Below are positions 51,191-63,065 of a DNA stretch of 64,000 nucleotides, one piece after another. This DNA comes from Octopus sinensis (lineage: Eukaryota): the NCBI RefSeq assembly GCF_006345805.1, contig NC_043026.1:3968001-4032000 (forward strand). Reading direction: 5' to 3'. Below the pieces are notes generated by a model. It was not told the origin of the DNA, ran no database searches, and saw only the letters and a list, made by a program, of their open reading frames with translations. Position numbers and translations under genes: made by a program. Every line of letters starts with the position of its first letter. The first letter of the stretch is position 1.

Positions 51191-51288
<98 letters not shown>

Positions 51289-52265
51289 TTATGTGTGTGT
51301 GTGTGTACGTATACATATATATCTAGTATGTATGTATGTATGTACGCATGTATGCAATGTATGCTGGATGTTGTGTATGCATGTACGTAATATGTAATGT
51401 GCGTACGTACGTACGTATGTAATGTATGCATGAGTATGTATGTATGTGAGTATGTATGTATGTATGTATGTGAGTATGTATGTATGTATGTATGTATGTA
51501 TGTGAGTATGTATGTATGTATTATGTATGTATGTGAGTATGTATGTATGTATGTATGTGAGTATGTATGTATGTGAGTATGTATGTATGTATGTATTTAG
51601 GCATGAATGTACATATGAATGTATGTACGCACGTATGTAATGTGTATATGTATGTATGTATGTATGCATGAATGTATGTATGTATGTACGTACGTATGTA
51701 TGTAATGTATATATGTATGTATGTACGTATGCATGTATGTATGTATGTACGTATGTATGTATGTATGTGAGTATGTATGTATGTATGTATGTATGTATGT
51801 ATGTATGTATGTGAGTATGTATGTATGTATGTATGTATGTGAGTATGTATGTATGTATGTATGTATGTATGTGAGTATGTATGTATGTGAGTATGTATGT
51901 ATGTATTTAGGCATGAATGTACATATGAATGTATGTACGCACGTATGTAATGTGTATATGTATGTATGTATGCATGAATGTATGTATGTATGTATGTATG
52001 TACGTACGTATGTATGTAATGTATATATGTATGTATGTACGTATGCATGTATGTATGTATGTACGTATGTATGTATGTATGTGAGTATGTATGCATGTAT
52101 GTATGTATGTATGTATGTATGTATGTATGTACGTACGTATGTATGTATGTATTTATGTATGTATGTATGTATGTATGTATGTATGTATGTGTATGAATGT
52201 ACGTGCGTATGTATGTACAAGCGCACATGTATGTATGTATATATATACATATATATATGTGTGTG
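50870..52265. repeat. (TA)n and (TATG)n compound microsatellite
   Basis: Direct inspection; includes an internal duplication of the TTTAGGCATGAATGTACATATG block. Confidence 0.95.
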
Positions 52266-52604
52266 TATAAAATTGTGTTTCACTTACGTTCTTGTCCGTG
52301 CAGCCACGGGGCCAACCATGCCCGAGCACAGAACACTACAACGAACGGGCTCTCCAGTCATGACTATCCGGTCTGCCAGTGTCCGAAACGACGAAGCAGG
52401 ATTTCACTGCCTGCCACCGCTGTTTGACGTTGTTGGTGTTATTGTTGCTGATACAATTGGACGTAGTGGCGGCGGCGGCGGAGGCAGAGGCGCAATATTT
52501 TTTTGTTTGCGGGATGCTTGTGGTGTGATATGATGATGGTGGTGGTGGTGGTGGTGGTGGTGGTGCTGATGATGCTTCTATCAGTGGTGCGGTGTCGTTG
52601 CCTC

Positions 52605-53832
52605 ATATTTATGGTGTGATTAGTCGCCGTTAGTTGCTGTTGTTTAGCTCCGGGTCGACGCCGACCGAGCAAGGCCTATGAGTAATTCTAATTCTAATTC
52701 TAACCGCGACCATCCCGTTTTTTTGCCACCACCACCACCCCATCCTTTATATGGACAGGGCGAAATGCAGCGAGCTGGCAGAAACGTTAGCACGCCGGGC
52801 GAAATGCGAAGCCGTATTTCGTCTGTCTTTACGTTCCGAGTTCAAATTCCGCCGAGATCGACTTTGCCTTTCATCCTTTCGGGGGTCGATAAATTAAGTA
52901 CCAGTTACGCACTGAGGTCGATGTAATCGACTTAATCCCTTTGTCTGTCCTTGTTTGTCCTCTCTGTGTTTAGCCCCTTGTGGTTAGTAAGGAAATAATT
53001 ATATTTATGGTGTGATTAGTCGCCGTTAGTTGCTGTTGTTTAGCTCCGGGTCGACGCCGACCGAGCAAGGCCTATGAATAATTCTTCTAATTCTAACCGC
53101 GACCATCCCATTTTTTTTTGCCCCCCACCACCGCCCACCTTTATATGGACAGGGCGAAAGACAGAAACGAGCTGGTACAAACGTTAGCACGCCGGGCGAA
53201 ATGCGAAGCCGTATTTCGTCTGCCGTTACGTTCTGGGTTCAAATTCCAGCGAGGTCGACTTTGTCTTTCATCCTTTCGGGGTTGATTTTATCGACTTAAT
53301 CCATTTGTCTGTCCTTGTTCGACGCCGATTGGGCAGAACTATGAGTAATTCTAATTCTAACCGCGACCATCCCGTTTTTTGCCACCACCCCCCCTTTATA
53401 TGGACAGGGTGTAAGGCGGCGAGCTGGCAGAATCGTTAGCACGCCGGGCGAAATGCGTAGCCGTATTTCGTCTGCCGTTACGTTCCGAGTTCAAATTCCG
53501 CCGAGGTCGACTTTGCCTTTCATCCTTTCGGGGTGGATAAATTAAGTACCAGTTACGCACTGGGGTCGATGTAATCGACTTGATCCGTTTGTCTATCCTT
53601 GTTTGTCCCCTCTGTGTTTAGCCCCTCGTGGGCAATAAAGAAATAAGAAAGGTTAGCACGCCGGGCGAAATGCTTAGCCGTATTTCGTCTGCCGTTACGT
53701 TCCGAGTTCAAATTCCGCCGAGGTCGACTTTGCCTTTCATCCTTTCGGGGTTGATAAATTAAGTACCAGTTACGCACTGGGGTCGATGTAATCGACTTGA
53801 TCCGTTTGTCTGTCCTTGTTTGTCCCCTCTTT
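52605..53832 (+). repeat. Triplicated unit of dispersed repeat plus family B SINE
   Basis: ATATTTATGGTGTGATTAGTCGCCG...CTTTATATGGACAGGG at 52605, 53001 and (partial) 53318, each followed by SINE B. Confidence 0.8.
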
Positions 53833-53963
53833 CTTGAGTAATGCTGCAATGGACTGGCGCCTCGTTCAGCTGAGGGAAACACATACGTCACAGAAACCAG
53901 GAAACCAGGCCCATGAGCCTGACTAGGCTTGAAACGGGCGTATAAATAAAGAATATATATATA

Positions 53964-54131
53964 TAGGCGCAGGAGTGGCTGTGTGGTAAGTAGCTTGCTT
54001 ACCAACCACATGGTTCCGGGTTCAGTCCCACTGCATGGCACCTTGGGCAACTGTCTTCTACTATAGCCTCGGACCGACCAAAGCCTTGTGAGTAGATTTG
54101 GTAGACGGAAACTGAAAGAAGCCCATCATAG

Positions 54132-54162
<31 letters not shown>

Positions 54163-54270
54163 AAGTAGATAAATGAATTATCTTATTACGGATAATTCAA
54201 ATGATAACCAATACCTGGGTAGCAAAAATCACAACAGAAAAAGCACGGTTGAAGTTACGACCATTTTAGG

Positions 54271-54316
<46 letters not shown>

Positions 54317-54522
54317 ATATATATGTGCGTGTGTGTTTGTCCCCCTACCATTGCTTGACAACTGATGCTGGTGTGTTTATGTCCCCGTTACATAGCGGTT
54401 CGGCAAAAGAGACCGATAGAATAAGCACTGGGCCTACAAAGAATAAGTCCTGGGGTCGATTTGCTTGACTAAAGGTGGTGCTCCAGCATGGCCACAGTCA
54501 AATGACTGAAACAAGTAAAAGG
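53964..54522 (+). mobile_element. Family A SINE with AT-rich internal insert
   Basis: Head 53964-54130 and tail half 54325-54522. Confidence 0.85.
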
Positions 54523-54604
54523 GAGATATATATGTGATCGTGTGTGTACCGTTGGCGATTTATTTTCCTCCGTCTTCCCTTCTCTGAATCTTTCCTTTTC
54601 CTAT

Positions 54605-54639
54605 GTTTCTGACGAAGAGCTCCGCTCGAAACGTAAAAC
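54605..54639 (+). ncRNA. P1 minimal hammerhead with canonical core
   Basis: GTTT-CTGACGA-A-GAGC-TCC-GCTC-GAAA-C-GTA-AAAC; predicted cleavage after 54635. Host element 54531-54745. Confidence 0.8.
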
Positions 54640-54760
54640 CCTCCTTCTTCCCTTCCTTCCTGAGAGTCCAATAATACTATATTTGTTCCACATCCTCGCA
54701 TTGTTGTTGTTTTCTCTTGGTGTTTTCATGTCTGGATTAACTATATATATTATATATATA

Positions 54761-55155
54761 GTGTTACCGCTACTGTTTATAACTCGCTCTGAGATTTATC
54801 ATTGTTTGATTTCACTTTTTCAATATCAGTGTCAATCGACATTGGAAAAAGTATATGTATTTGTGAAGGGAGCTGACTTCTCGTCGACAACCATGATTGT
54901 CACACGCTGATGAAAGGTAAACACCTTGAAACTCGGGTACGTGTGTATCATGAGTTGAAGACGGGGAGGATGACTCCCCTTCACAAATAATGAGAGGACA
55001 CAGATAGTGTGTCTATAGCCAGCTGGAGGAGATATCTTCCTGGGGCTACAAACTACAGTAGCATCCACCTTTATGGGTTAGCCATATTCAAATGGCAAAT
55101 ATGCATCACGATGTGTTACCGCTACTGTTTATAACTCGATCTGAGATTTATCATT
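54761..55155 (+). mobile_element. Retrozyme-like element: 352-bp monomer plus 43-bp terminal redundancy
   Basis: Direct repeats 54761-54803 and 55113-55155 (42/43 identical), (TA)n flanks, one central hammerhead, extensive self-pairing. Confidence 0.75.
54901..54945 (+). ncRNA. Canonical type I hammerhead ribozyme
   Basis: CACACG-CTGATGA-AAGGT-AAAC-ACCTT-GAAA-C-TCGG-GTA-CGTGTG; predicted cleavage after 54939. Confidence 0.9.
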
Positions 55156-55276
55156 ATATATATATATATATATATATAGATATATATATATCATATATAT
55201 ATATATATATACACACACACAGTTTGGTACTCTTTCTAGCTGGTCAAGAAATCATTGTAAAGGCTCTTTCATCAAC

Positions 55277-56325
55277 AGGAGTGGCTGTGTGGTAAGTAGC
55301 TTGCTTACCAACATGGTTCCGGGTTCAGTCCCAACAACATGGTTCCGGGCAAGTGTCTTCTACTAAAGCCTTGTGAGTGGATTTGGTAAACGGAAACTGA
55401 AAGAAACCCGTTGTATACATGTATATGTATGTGTGTGTGTGTTTCCCACACATACACACACACAACATCGCTTGACATCTGATGCTGGTGTGTTTACATT
55501 CCTGTCACTTAGCGATTCGGCAAAAGAGACTGATAGAATAAGTACTAGGCTCACAAAGAATAAGTCCTGGGGTCGATTTGCTCGACTAAAGGCAGTGCTC
55601 CAGCATGGCCACAGTCAAATGACTGAAACAAGTAAAAGAGACCGATAGAATAAGTACTAGGCTTACAAAGAATAAGTCCTGGGGTCGATTTGCTCGACTA
55701 AAAGGCAGTGCTCCAGCATGGCCACAGTCAAATGACTGAAACAAGTAAAGAGACCGATAGATAAGTACTAGGCTCACAAAGAATAAGTCCTGGGGGCGAT
55801 TTGCTACTCGACTAAAGGCGGTGCTCCAGCATGGCCGCAGTCAAATGACTGAAACGAGTAAAAGAGACCGATAGAATAAGTACTAGGCTTACAAAGAATA
55901 AGTCCTGGGGTCGATTTGCTCGAACTAAAGGCAAGTGCTTCCAGCATGGCCGCAGTGCAAATGACTGAAACAAGTAAAAGAGACCGATAGAATAAGTACT
56001 GGGCTCACAAAGAATAAGTCCTGGGGTCGATTTGCTCGACTAAAGGCGGTGCTCCAGGCATGGGCCACAGTCAAATGACTGGAACAAGTAAAAGAGACCG
56101 ATAGAATAAGTACTGGGCTCAAAAGGATAAGTCCTGGGGTCGATTTGCTCGAACTAAAGGCAGTGCTCCAGCATGGCCGCAGTCAAATGACTGAAACAAG
56201 TAAAAGGGACCGATAGGATAAGTACTGGGCTCACAAAGAATAAGTCCTGGGGTCGATTTGCTCGACTAAAGGCGGTACTCCAGCATGGCCGCAGTCAAAT
56301 GACTGAAACGAGTAAAAGAGTAAAA
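55277..56325 (+). mobile_element. Family A SINE with its 3' ~112 bp repeated seven times
   Basis: Units start GAGACCGAT-like at 55526, 55638, 55750, 55864, 55980, 56094 and 56206. Confidence 0.9.
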
Positions 56326-56872
56326 AAGACATTCCAGTTATGGCCATCCCACATGCCCTGTGCAATACACAAAACCCAAGTTATGCCACTGTACAATTAA
56401 GAGTGCGAAAATACATAATTAATTAAAATTACTTCATAGAGCAAAAATTAACGAGTAAACTCCTAAAAAGTAACCTAGTTCTATGATGCATACGAAATAC
56501 GTTATTCTACATACATGTGTGTGTATGTGTGTGTGTGTGTGTGTGTGTTGTGTGTGTGTGTGTGTCTGGATTTGGTTGTCTGAGCTTGACGAACAAGCTT
56601 TGTTTAACGAGCTTAAAAAACACTATATTTGCACTGAGCCAAATCAAATTACTATTTAATTATAAAATAATGGTTTTGAATTTCAGAACAATGCCAGCAA
56701 TTTCAGGCGATGTGGCTTAGTCGAGTTACATCAACTCCAGCAATCATAGATGATGATGACGATGATGATGATGATAATGATGATAATAATCCCTTAGAAT
56801 TTGAACTCAGAACGTAGCGGTAGCACTGAGCAAATCAAATTACTATTAAATTATAAAGATAAATTATGAAGT

Positions 56873-57392
56873 AGGCGTAGGAGTGGCTGTGTGGTAAGTA
56901 GCTTGTTTACCAACCACATGGTTCCGGGTTCAGTCCTACTGCGTGGCACCTTGGGCAAGTGTCTTCTACTATAGCCTCGGGCCGACCAAAGACTTGTGAG
57001 TGGATTTGGTCGACGGAAACTGAAAAGAAGCCCGTCGTATATATGTATATATATATAGGCGTAGGAGTGGCTGTATGGTAAGTAGCTTGTTTACCAACCA
57101 CATGGTTCCGGGTTCAGTACTACTGCGTGGCACCTTGGGCAAGTGTCTTCTACTATAGCCTCGGGCCGACCAAAGCCTTGTGAGTGGATTTAGTAGACGG
57201 AAACTGAAAGAAGCCCGTCATATATATGTATATAGGAGTGGCTGTGTGGTAAGTAGCTTGTTTACCAACCACATGGTTCTGGGTTCAGTCCTACTGCGTG
57301 GCATCTTGGGCAAGTGTCTTCTACTAAAGCCTCGGCCGACCAAAGCCTTGTGAGTGGATTTGGTAGACGGAAACTGAAAGAAGCCTGTCGTA

Positions 57393-57430
<38 letters not shown>

Positions 57431-57660
57431 TGGGTGTGTTTGTGTGTCTGTGTTTTTCCCCCTAGCATTGCTTGACAACCGATGCTGGTGTGTTTACATC
57501 CCCGTTACTTAGCGGTTCGGCAAAAGAGACCAATAGAATAAGTACTGGGCTTACAAAAGAATAAGTCCCGGGGTCGAGTTGCTCGATTAAAAAAGGTGGT
57601 GCTCCAGCATGGCCGCAGTCAAATGACTGAAACAAGTAAAAGAGTAAAAGAGTAAAGAGT
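56873..57660 (+). mobile_element. Family A SINE with triplicated head and CORE
   Basis: Heads at ~56873, 57056 and 57234; single tail. Confidence 0.9.
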
Positions 57661-57919
57661 ATAATTGTTCTGAATTTCAGAACAAAGCCAGCAATTTCGG
57701 GCGAGGTGGCTAAGTCGAATGACATCAACTCCAGCGATCATAGATGATGATGACGATGATGATGATGAGATGATAGTGATGATGATGATGATAATGATGA
57801 TGATGATGATGATGATGATGATAATAATCCTTTAGAATTTGAACTCAGAACGTAGCGGTAGATGAAATACTGCTAAGCATTTCATTCAGCATTGCTAACG
57901 ATTCTGCCAGCTCGCCACC

Positions 57920-57961
<42 letters not shown>

Positions 57962-57964
57962 TAA

Positions 57965-58300
57965 ATCAAAAACAATACTTGTTGTCATAGGTGCCCTGGG
58001 AGTGATAGCAAAGGGGTTGATCGCTACCAGGGAAACCCCGAAATGGCAGAAATTCAAAAGATAGTGCTCATGTGACTGCTCATATCCTTCGCAAAATACT
58101 TTCTATGTAACCTCAAGTTTTAAAACAAACATAACTTGGTTTTTTTTTTAGCATTCACTAGTACACAACACTAAATACAAAACCAAATATATGGCACACT
58201 AGGCATAACAACAATACGAACTTCCAACCTGTTGCCTCTTGGGGTCTCTGGGTGAGACTTGGAGCCAACTTGTACAAATATAAAGCAAAAGTCAAACATA

Positions 58301-58338
<38 letters not shown>

Positions 58339-58712
58339 TAATAATAATAATAATAATAATAATATCAAAAACAATACTTGTTGTCATAGGTGCCCTGGGA
58401 GTGATAGCAATAGGGGTTGATCGCTACCTAACTCAGATACCAGGAAACCCCGAAATGGCAGAAATTCAAAAGATAGTGCTCATGGGAATTGCTCATATCC
58501 TTCGCAAAATACTTTCTATGTAACCTCAAGTTTTAAAACAAACATAACTTTGGTTTTTTTTTAGGCATTCACTAGTACAACACTAAATACAAAACCAAAT
58601 ATATGGCACACTAGGCATAACAACAATACGAACTTCCAACCTGTTGCCTCTTGGGGTCTCTGGGTGAGACTTGGAGCCAACTTGTACAAATGTAAAGCAA
58701 AAGTCAAACATA

Positions 58713-58714
<2 letters not shown>
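57965..58714 (+). mobile_element. Two tandem R4/Dong-like LINE 3' ends inside (TAA)n
   Basis: 58365-58523 encodes SKTILVVIGALGVIAIGVDRYLTQIPGNPEMAEIQKIVLMGIAHILRKILSM*; (TAA)n lies before, between and after the copies. Confidence 0.75.
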
Positions 58715-58758
<44 letters not shown>

Positions 58759-59369
58759 CATAATCCTTTCTACTATAGGCACAAGGTCTGGAATTTTGGG
58801 GGATGGAAGGGCCAGTCGATTTGATTGACCCCAGTATGCAACTGGTACTTATTTTATCAACACCGAAAGGACAGAAGGTAAAGTCAACCTCAGTAGAATT
58901 TGAACTCAGAACTCAGAACACAGCATTTCATCCAATAATAAAAATAATAATAATAATTATATATATTATGTATGTTTAAGGCACGGGCATGGCTGTGTGG
59001 TTAGGGAGCTTGCTTCCTAGCTACGTGGTTTCGGGTTCAGTTCCACTGCGTGGCACATTGGGCAGGTGTCTTCCACTATGGCCCCGAGTCGACCGAAGCT
59101 TTGTAATTGAATTCGGTAGGTGGAAGTTACTGGCGTGTGTGTATGTGTGCGTATAGCTGCTCAGTGCCTCTCCGAAAGAGAGAGAGGGTATGTACGTGTG
59201 TATGTATGTATGTATGTATATAGTGTACACAGCAGTGCTCAAGTGATTTGAACTTAAACCCCAATATCTTTATCAAGGACTAGGTCCAGAGAGTAAAAAG
59301 TGGCTATAAGAGAAATTTGGGCTAGCTGATTCTGGAGATAATGATTCAGATAAACACAATTAGGCTTGG

Positions 59370-59400
<31 letters not shown>

Positions 59401-59473
59401 CATATATATATAGATACATATAACTAAATGCATTCAGAAGATAAATATTTGTTTAGTTATATGTGTCACTATC

Positions 59474-59608
59474 TGTTGATACAGCACCAGGAGAGACAAA
59501 ATAAACTAGCAAAAGAAATTTCTGGATAATTCTAGAGCTCAGATTTCTGGTTCTTTTTTTGCTAATTTATTTTGTCTCTTTGTCTTCTCTCCTGGTGCTG
59601 TATGAACA
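59474..59608. other. Isolated ~135-bp imperfect hairpin
   Basis: TGTTGATACAGCACCAGGAGAGA...GCAAAAGAA pairs with TTCTTTTTTGC...TCTCCTGGTGCTGTATGAACA. Confidence 0.7.
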
Positions 59609-59664
59609 TTTAATGTGGTATCTCTTAGTTATCCTAAATGATAATTTTAAATATATATATAATA

Positions 59665-60176
59665 CTAGCAGTATCGCCCGGCGTTGCTCGGGTTTGTAAG
59701 GGAAATAACTATATAAGCATTTTTAGAGAGTTACTTCCCTTATAGATGCCAATTCGGGCTTTCTTAGCCATTTCTGTTTTGGTGTCTTCAAGCCATGAAG
59801 TCGTTGTTCTAAAAGAACGCTGGTTTCCTTCACAACGCATACGACGTTGATTTCTTTACACTCCCTTCCCCACAGCTTCACGAGGGAGGGAAGGGGGAGA
59901 AGCAAACAGGTGCAGCTGTGAGCGTGGACGCCAACTCCGCCGCCATCGACACACGATGCATTTTATGCATTAAAATGGAATAAAAAAATTATGTTAAATT
60001 ATTTTTAAAATCGTAGACTCATCGTTGACGCGCGCTAATAGTCAGACGGGCTCGATATGAATCACGACTATAAGATACCCGAATTTGGTTAAACTGCACC
60101 GCAAAATGTGGGAGGAGTTAGGAATCTAAATCGAAGGGGACAGACACTCACACAACTAGAGTTTTATATATATAGA
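59665..60176 (-). mobile_element. Non-autonomous Helitron, 512 bp
   Basis: Minus strand A|TC...CCCGAGCAACGCCGGG hairpin...CTAG|T; no TSD. Confidence 0.85.
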
Positions 60177-60419
60177 TATATATATAAGTTCAGCAAAAAT
60201 TTAGATTCAAATGAATATGGTACTTAATTTAGAAGCACCAGAATTTTGTATGGTGTTATCCATAAAAATCCGTGGGGTGATTATAATCAAAATAAGCAAC
60301 AAGAATGACTCCGGTAATTTGGTACGATCGTTTCGTACTACATCATTTTATTAAATGTTGTAAGTATTACAACAGTTTTAAAATGCTGAGCACTCACCAG
60401 CCAATTATATATATATATA

Positions 60420-60645
60420 TATTTGTTTGTTCCTTCTCGAGCCATGCCTGGCTCATAAGGGCCGGTTTCCCGATTTCCTTGGCATATAAGTTCCCCACCT
60501 GGACAGGATACCGGTCCGTCAGAGGTGAGCTGCAAGATGCAGGAGGAAAGAGTGAGAGAAAGTTGTGGCGAAAGAGTCAGCAGAAGTTTTCCATTACCTT
60601 CTGCCGGAGCTGCGTGGAGCTTAGGTCTATCGCTCATAAACACAC
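60420..60645 (-). mobile_element. Family D-related SINE with a different 3' tail
   Basis: Shares GAGTGAGAGAAAGTTGTGG...GTGGAGCTT...TAAACAC with family D; the distal part is unrelated. Confidence 0.6.
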
Positions 60646-60990
60646 AGCACTCCTGTGAAATCCAGGCTTGTGCAGCTCCTGGCAAACAGTTTTTGTGGAA
60701 ACTGCGTTCTCGGGGTGGTCATTAAGCTCTGCAATAATTCTGGGAGCTGTACTTTTGTGATCCTTTCTAACAATTTGTGTAAGAGTCCAATGGTCCCTAT
60801 CTGAAAGTTTAGGTTTTCTTTCAGAGTTTTGTTTCAACGAGGAGATTTTTCCCTCTTTCCCAAAGGCTGTCATTACTTTCAAGACAGTAATTCTTCATAC
60901 ACCAAACATTTTGGCTATTTTCATTATGCTAGCACCTGTCATACGAGCACCAACAATTTGACTTCTTTGAAAGTCTGACAGATCTGACAT
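60646..60990 (-). pseudogene. Tc1-family transposase N-terminal (HTH) relic
   Basis: MSDLSDFQRSQIVGARMTGAS...GV*RITVLKVMTAF...RKPKLSDRD...TAPRIIAELN...VSTKTVCQELHK; one in-frame stop; no DDE domain. Confidence 0.85.
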
Positions 60991-61000
60991 TTTTAATGTA

Positions 61001-61393
61001 TACTCTTTTACTTGTTTCAGTCGGTTGACTGCGGCCATGCTGGAGCACCGCCTTTAGTCGAGCAAATTGACCCCGGGACTTATTCTTTGTAAGCATAGTA
61101 CTTATTCTATCGGTCTCTTTTGCCGAACCGCTAAGTGACGGGGACGTAAACACACCAGCATCGGTTGTCAAGCAATGCTAGGGGGACAAACACAGACACA
61201 CAAACACACATATATATATACATATATACGACAGGCTTCTTTCAGTTTCCGTCTACCAAATCCACTCACAAGGCATTGGTCGGCCCGGGGCTATAGCAGA
61301 AGACACTTGCCCAAGATGCCACGCAGTGGGATTGAACCCGGAACCATGGGGTTGGTTAGCAAGCTACTTACCACACAGCCACTCCTGTGCCTA
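61001..61393 (-). mobile_element. Family A SINE, full length
   Basis: Near identical to 13421-13847. Confidence 0.9.
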
Positions 61394-61424
61394 TATTAAT
61401 TAATTACCTTTTTCTGATGTAAAA

Positions 61425-61678
61425 AAAAAGCACCACTGAGCCTGGCCGATGCCAGTACCGTATGACTGGCCCTTGTGCCGGTGGCATGTAAAAGCACCCA
61501 CTACACTCTCTGAGTGGTTGGCGTTAGGAAGGGCATCCAGCTGTAAAAACTGTGCCAGATCAAATTGGAGACTGGTGCAGCCTTTTGGCTCGCCATCCCT
61601 CAATCAAACCGTCCAACCCATGTTAGCATAGAAAGCAGACGTTAAAAGATGATGAGGATGATGATGAGGATGATGATA
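61425..61678 (+). mobile_element. Family E retroposon
   Basis: Conserved body and (GAT)n tail. Confidence 0.75.
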
Positions 61679-61869
61679 TCTAGTTTTTAATGGTGCAAGT
61701 ATTAAATCTTTCTGCATTCAGAATACTCTATCAAATTTAACACTTATTTATTCATTTTGTTTGGAATTAACCATGCTTTATCTTGTAGCTTTAAGATTTG
61801 GACGATGTTATTGTGTATTATACAATGGAATTATTAACTTCAGATAAGCTTTGAGGACTATCATTGCTT

Positions 61870-61964
61870 CTCTCTCTTTATCTATCTATCTAACTGTCTG
61901 TCTGTCTATCTATCTATCTATATATATATCTTACTATCTATCTATCTATCTATCTAACTGTCTG

Positions 61965-61995
<31 letters not shown>

Positions 61996-62379
61996 TACTA
62001 TCTATCTATCTATCTTACTATCTATCTAACTGTCTGTCTGTCTATCTATCTAACTGTCTGTCTGTCTAACTATCTATCTATATATCTTACTATCTATCTA
62101 ACTGTCTGTCTATCTATCTAACTGTCTGTCTGCCTGTCTATCTATCTACCTATATATTTTACTATCTATCTAACTGTCTATCTATCTATCTAACTGTCTG
62201 TCTGTCTATCTATCTATCTTTATATATATCTTACTATCTATCTAACTGTCTGTCTGTCTATCTATCTATCTATATATATATATCTTACTATCTATCTATC
62301 TTACTATCTATCTAACTGTCTGTCTATCTATCTATCTAACTATCTGTCTGTCTGTCTATCTATCTATCTATATATCTTA

Positions 62380-62414
<35 letters not shown>

Positions 62415-62430
62415 ACTGTCTGTCTAGCTA
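61870..62430. repeat. (CTAT)n/(CTGT)n compound microsatellite
   Basis: Direct inspection. Confidence 0.95.
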
Positions 62431-62611
62431 GCTTGCAATCTATTTCTTTATCTAGTTATCTAGATATCCATCGTTCTCTTAAACACAAAAGGCATTCTGC
62501 AAACTTTTAATGCCTCTTTTCTCGAAGGTAGACGAACTTGCACAAACTCACAACAAACACGTGTGTGTGTGTGATGTGTGCATACGTGTACACGCACACA
62601 CATATGCATAT

Positions 62612-62669
<58 letters not shown>

Positions 62670-62929
62670 TCACACACACACACACACACGTACATCCATA
62701 CGTACAAATATATATATATACATATATGCATATCTGTATGTATGTACATCTATAGCTACATACAAATATATGCACATATACATACATGTATGCGTAAGAA
62801 AATTGAGATTAACAAACCTCTTTGTGCACACACAAACATATATATATATGTAATATATATACATATATATACATACATACATATATATGTGTGTGTGTGT
62901 AATATATATACATATATACATACATATAT

Positions 62930-63030
62930 ATTTACATTACATATATACAAGTACCTATACACGAACATGTACAAATATATATATATATATATGCAAATGT
63001 ATATATGTATATATTATATATGTATACATT

Positions 63031-63065
<35 letters not shown>

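Noticed and set aside
60318-60350. Minus-strand GAA-ACGATCGT-A palindrome resembling a hammerhead stem III
   Set aside because: The core (ATGATGT) and stem I do not fit.
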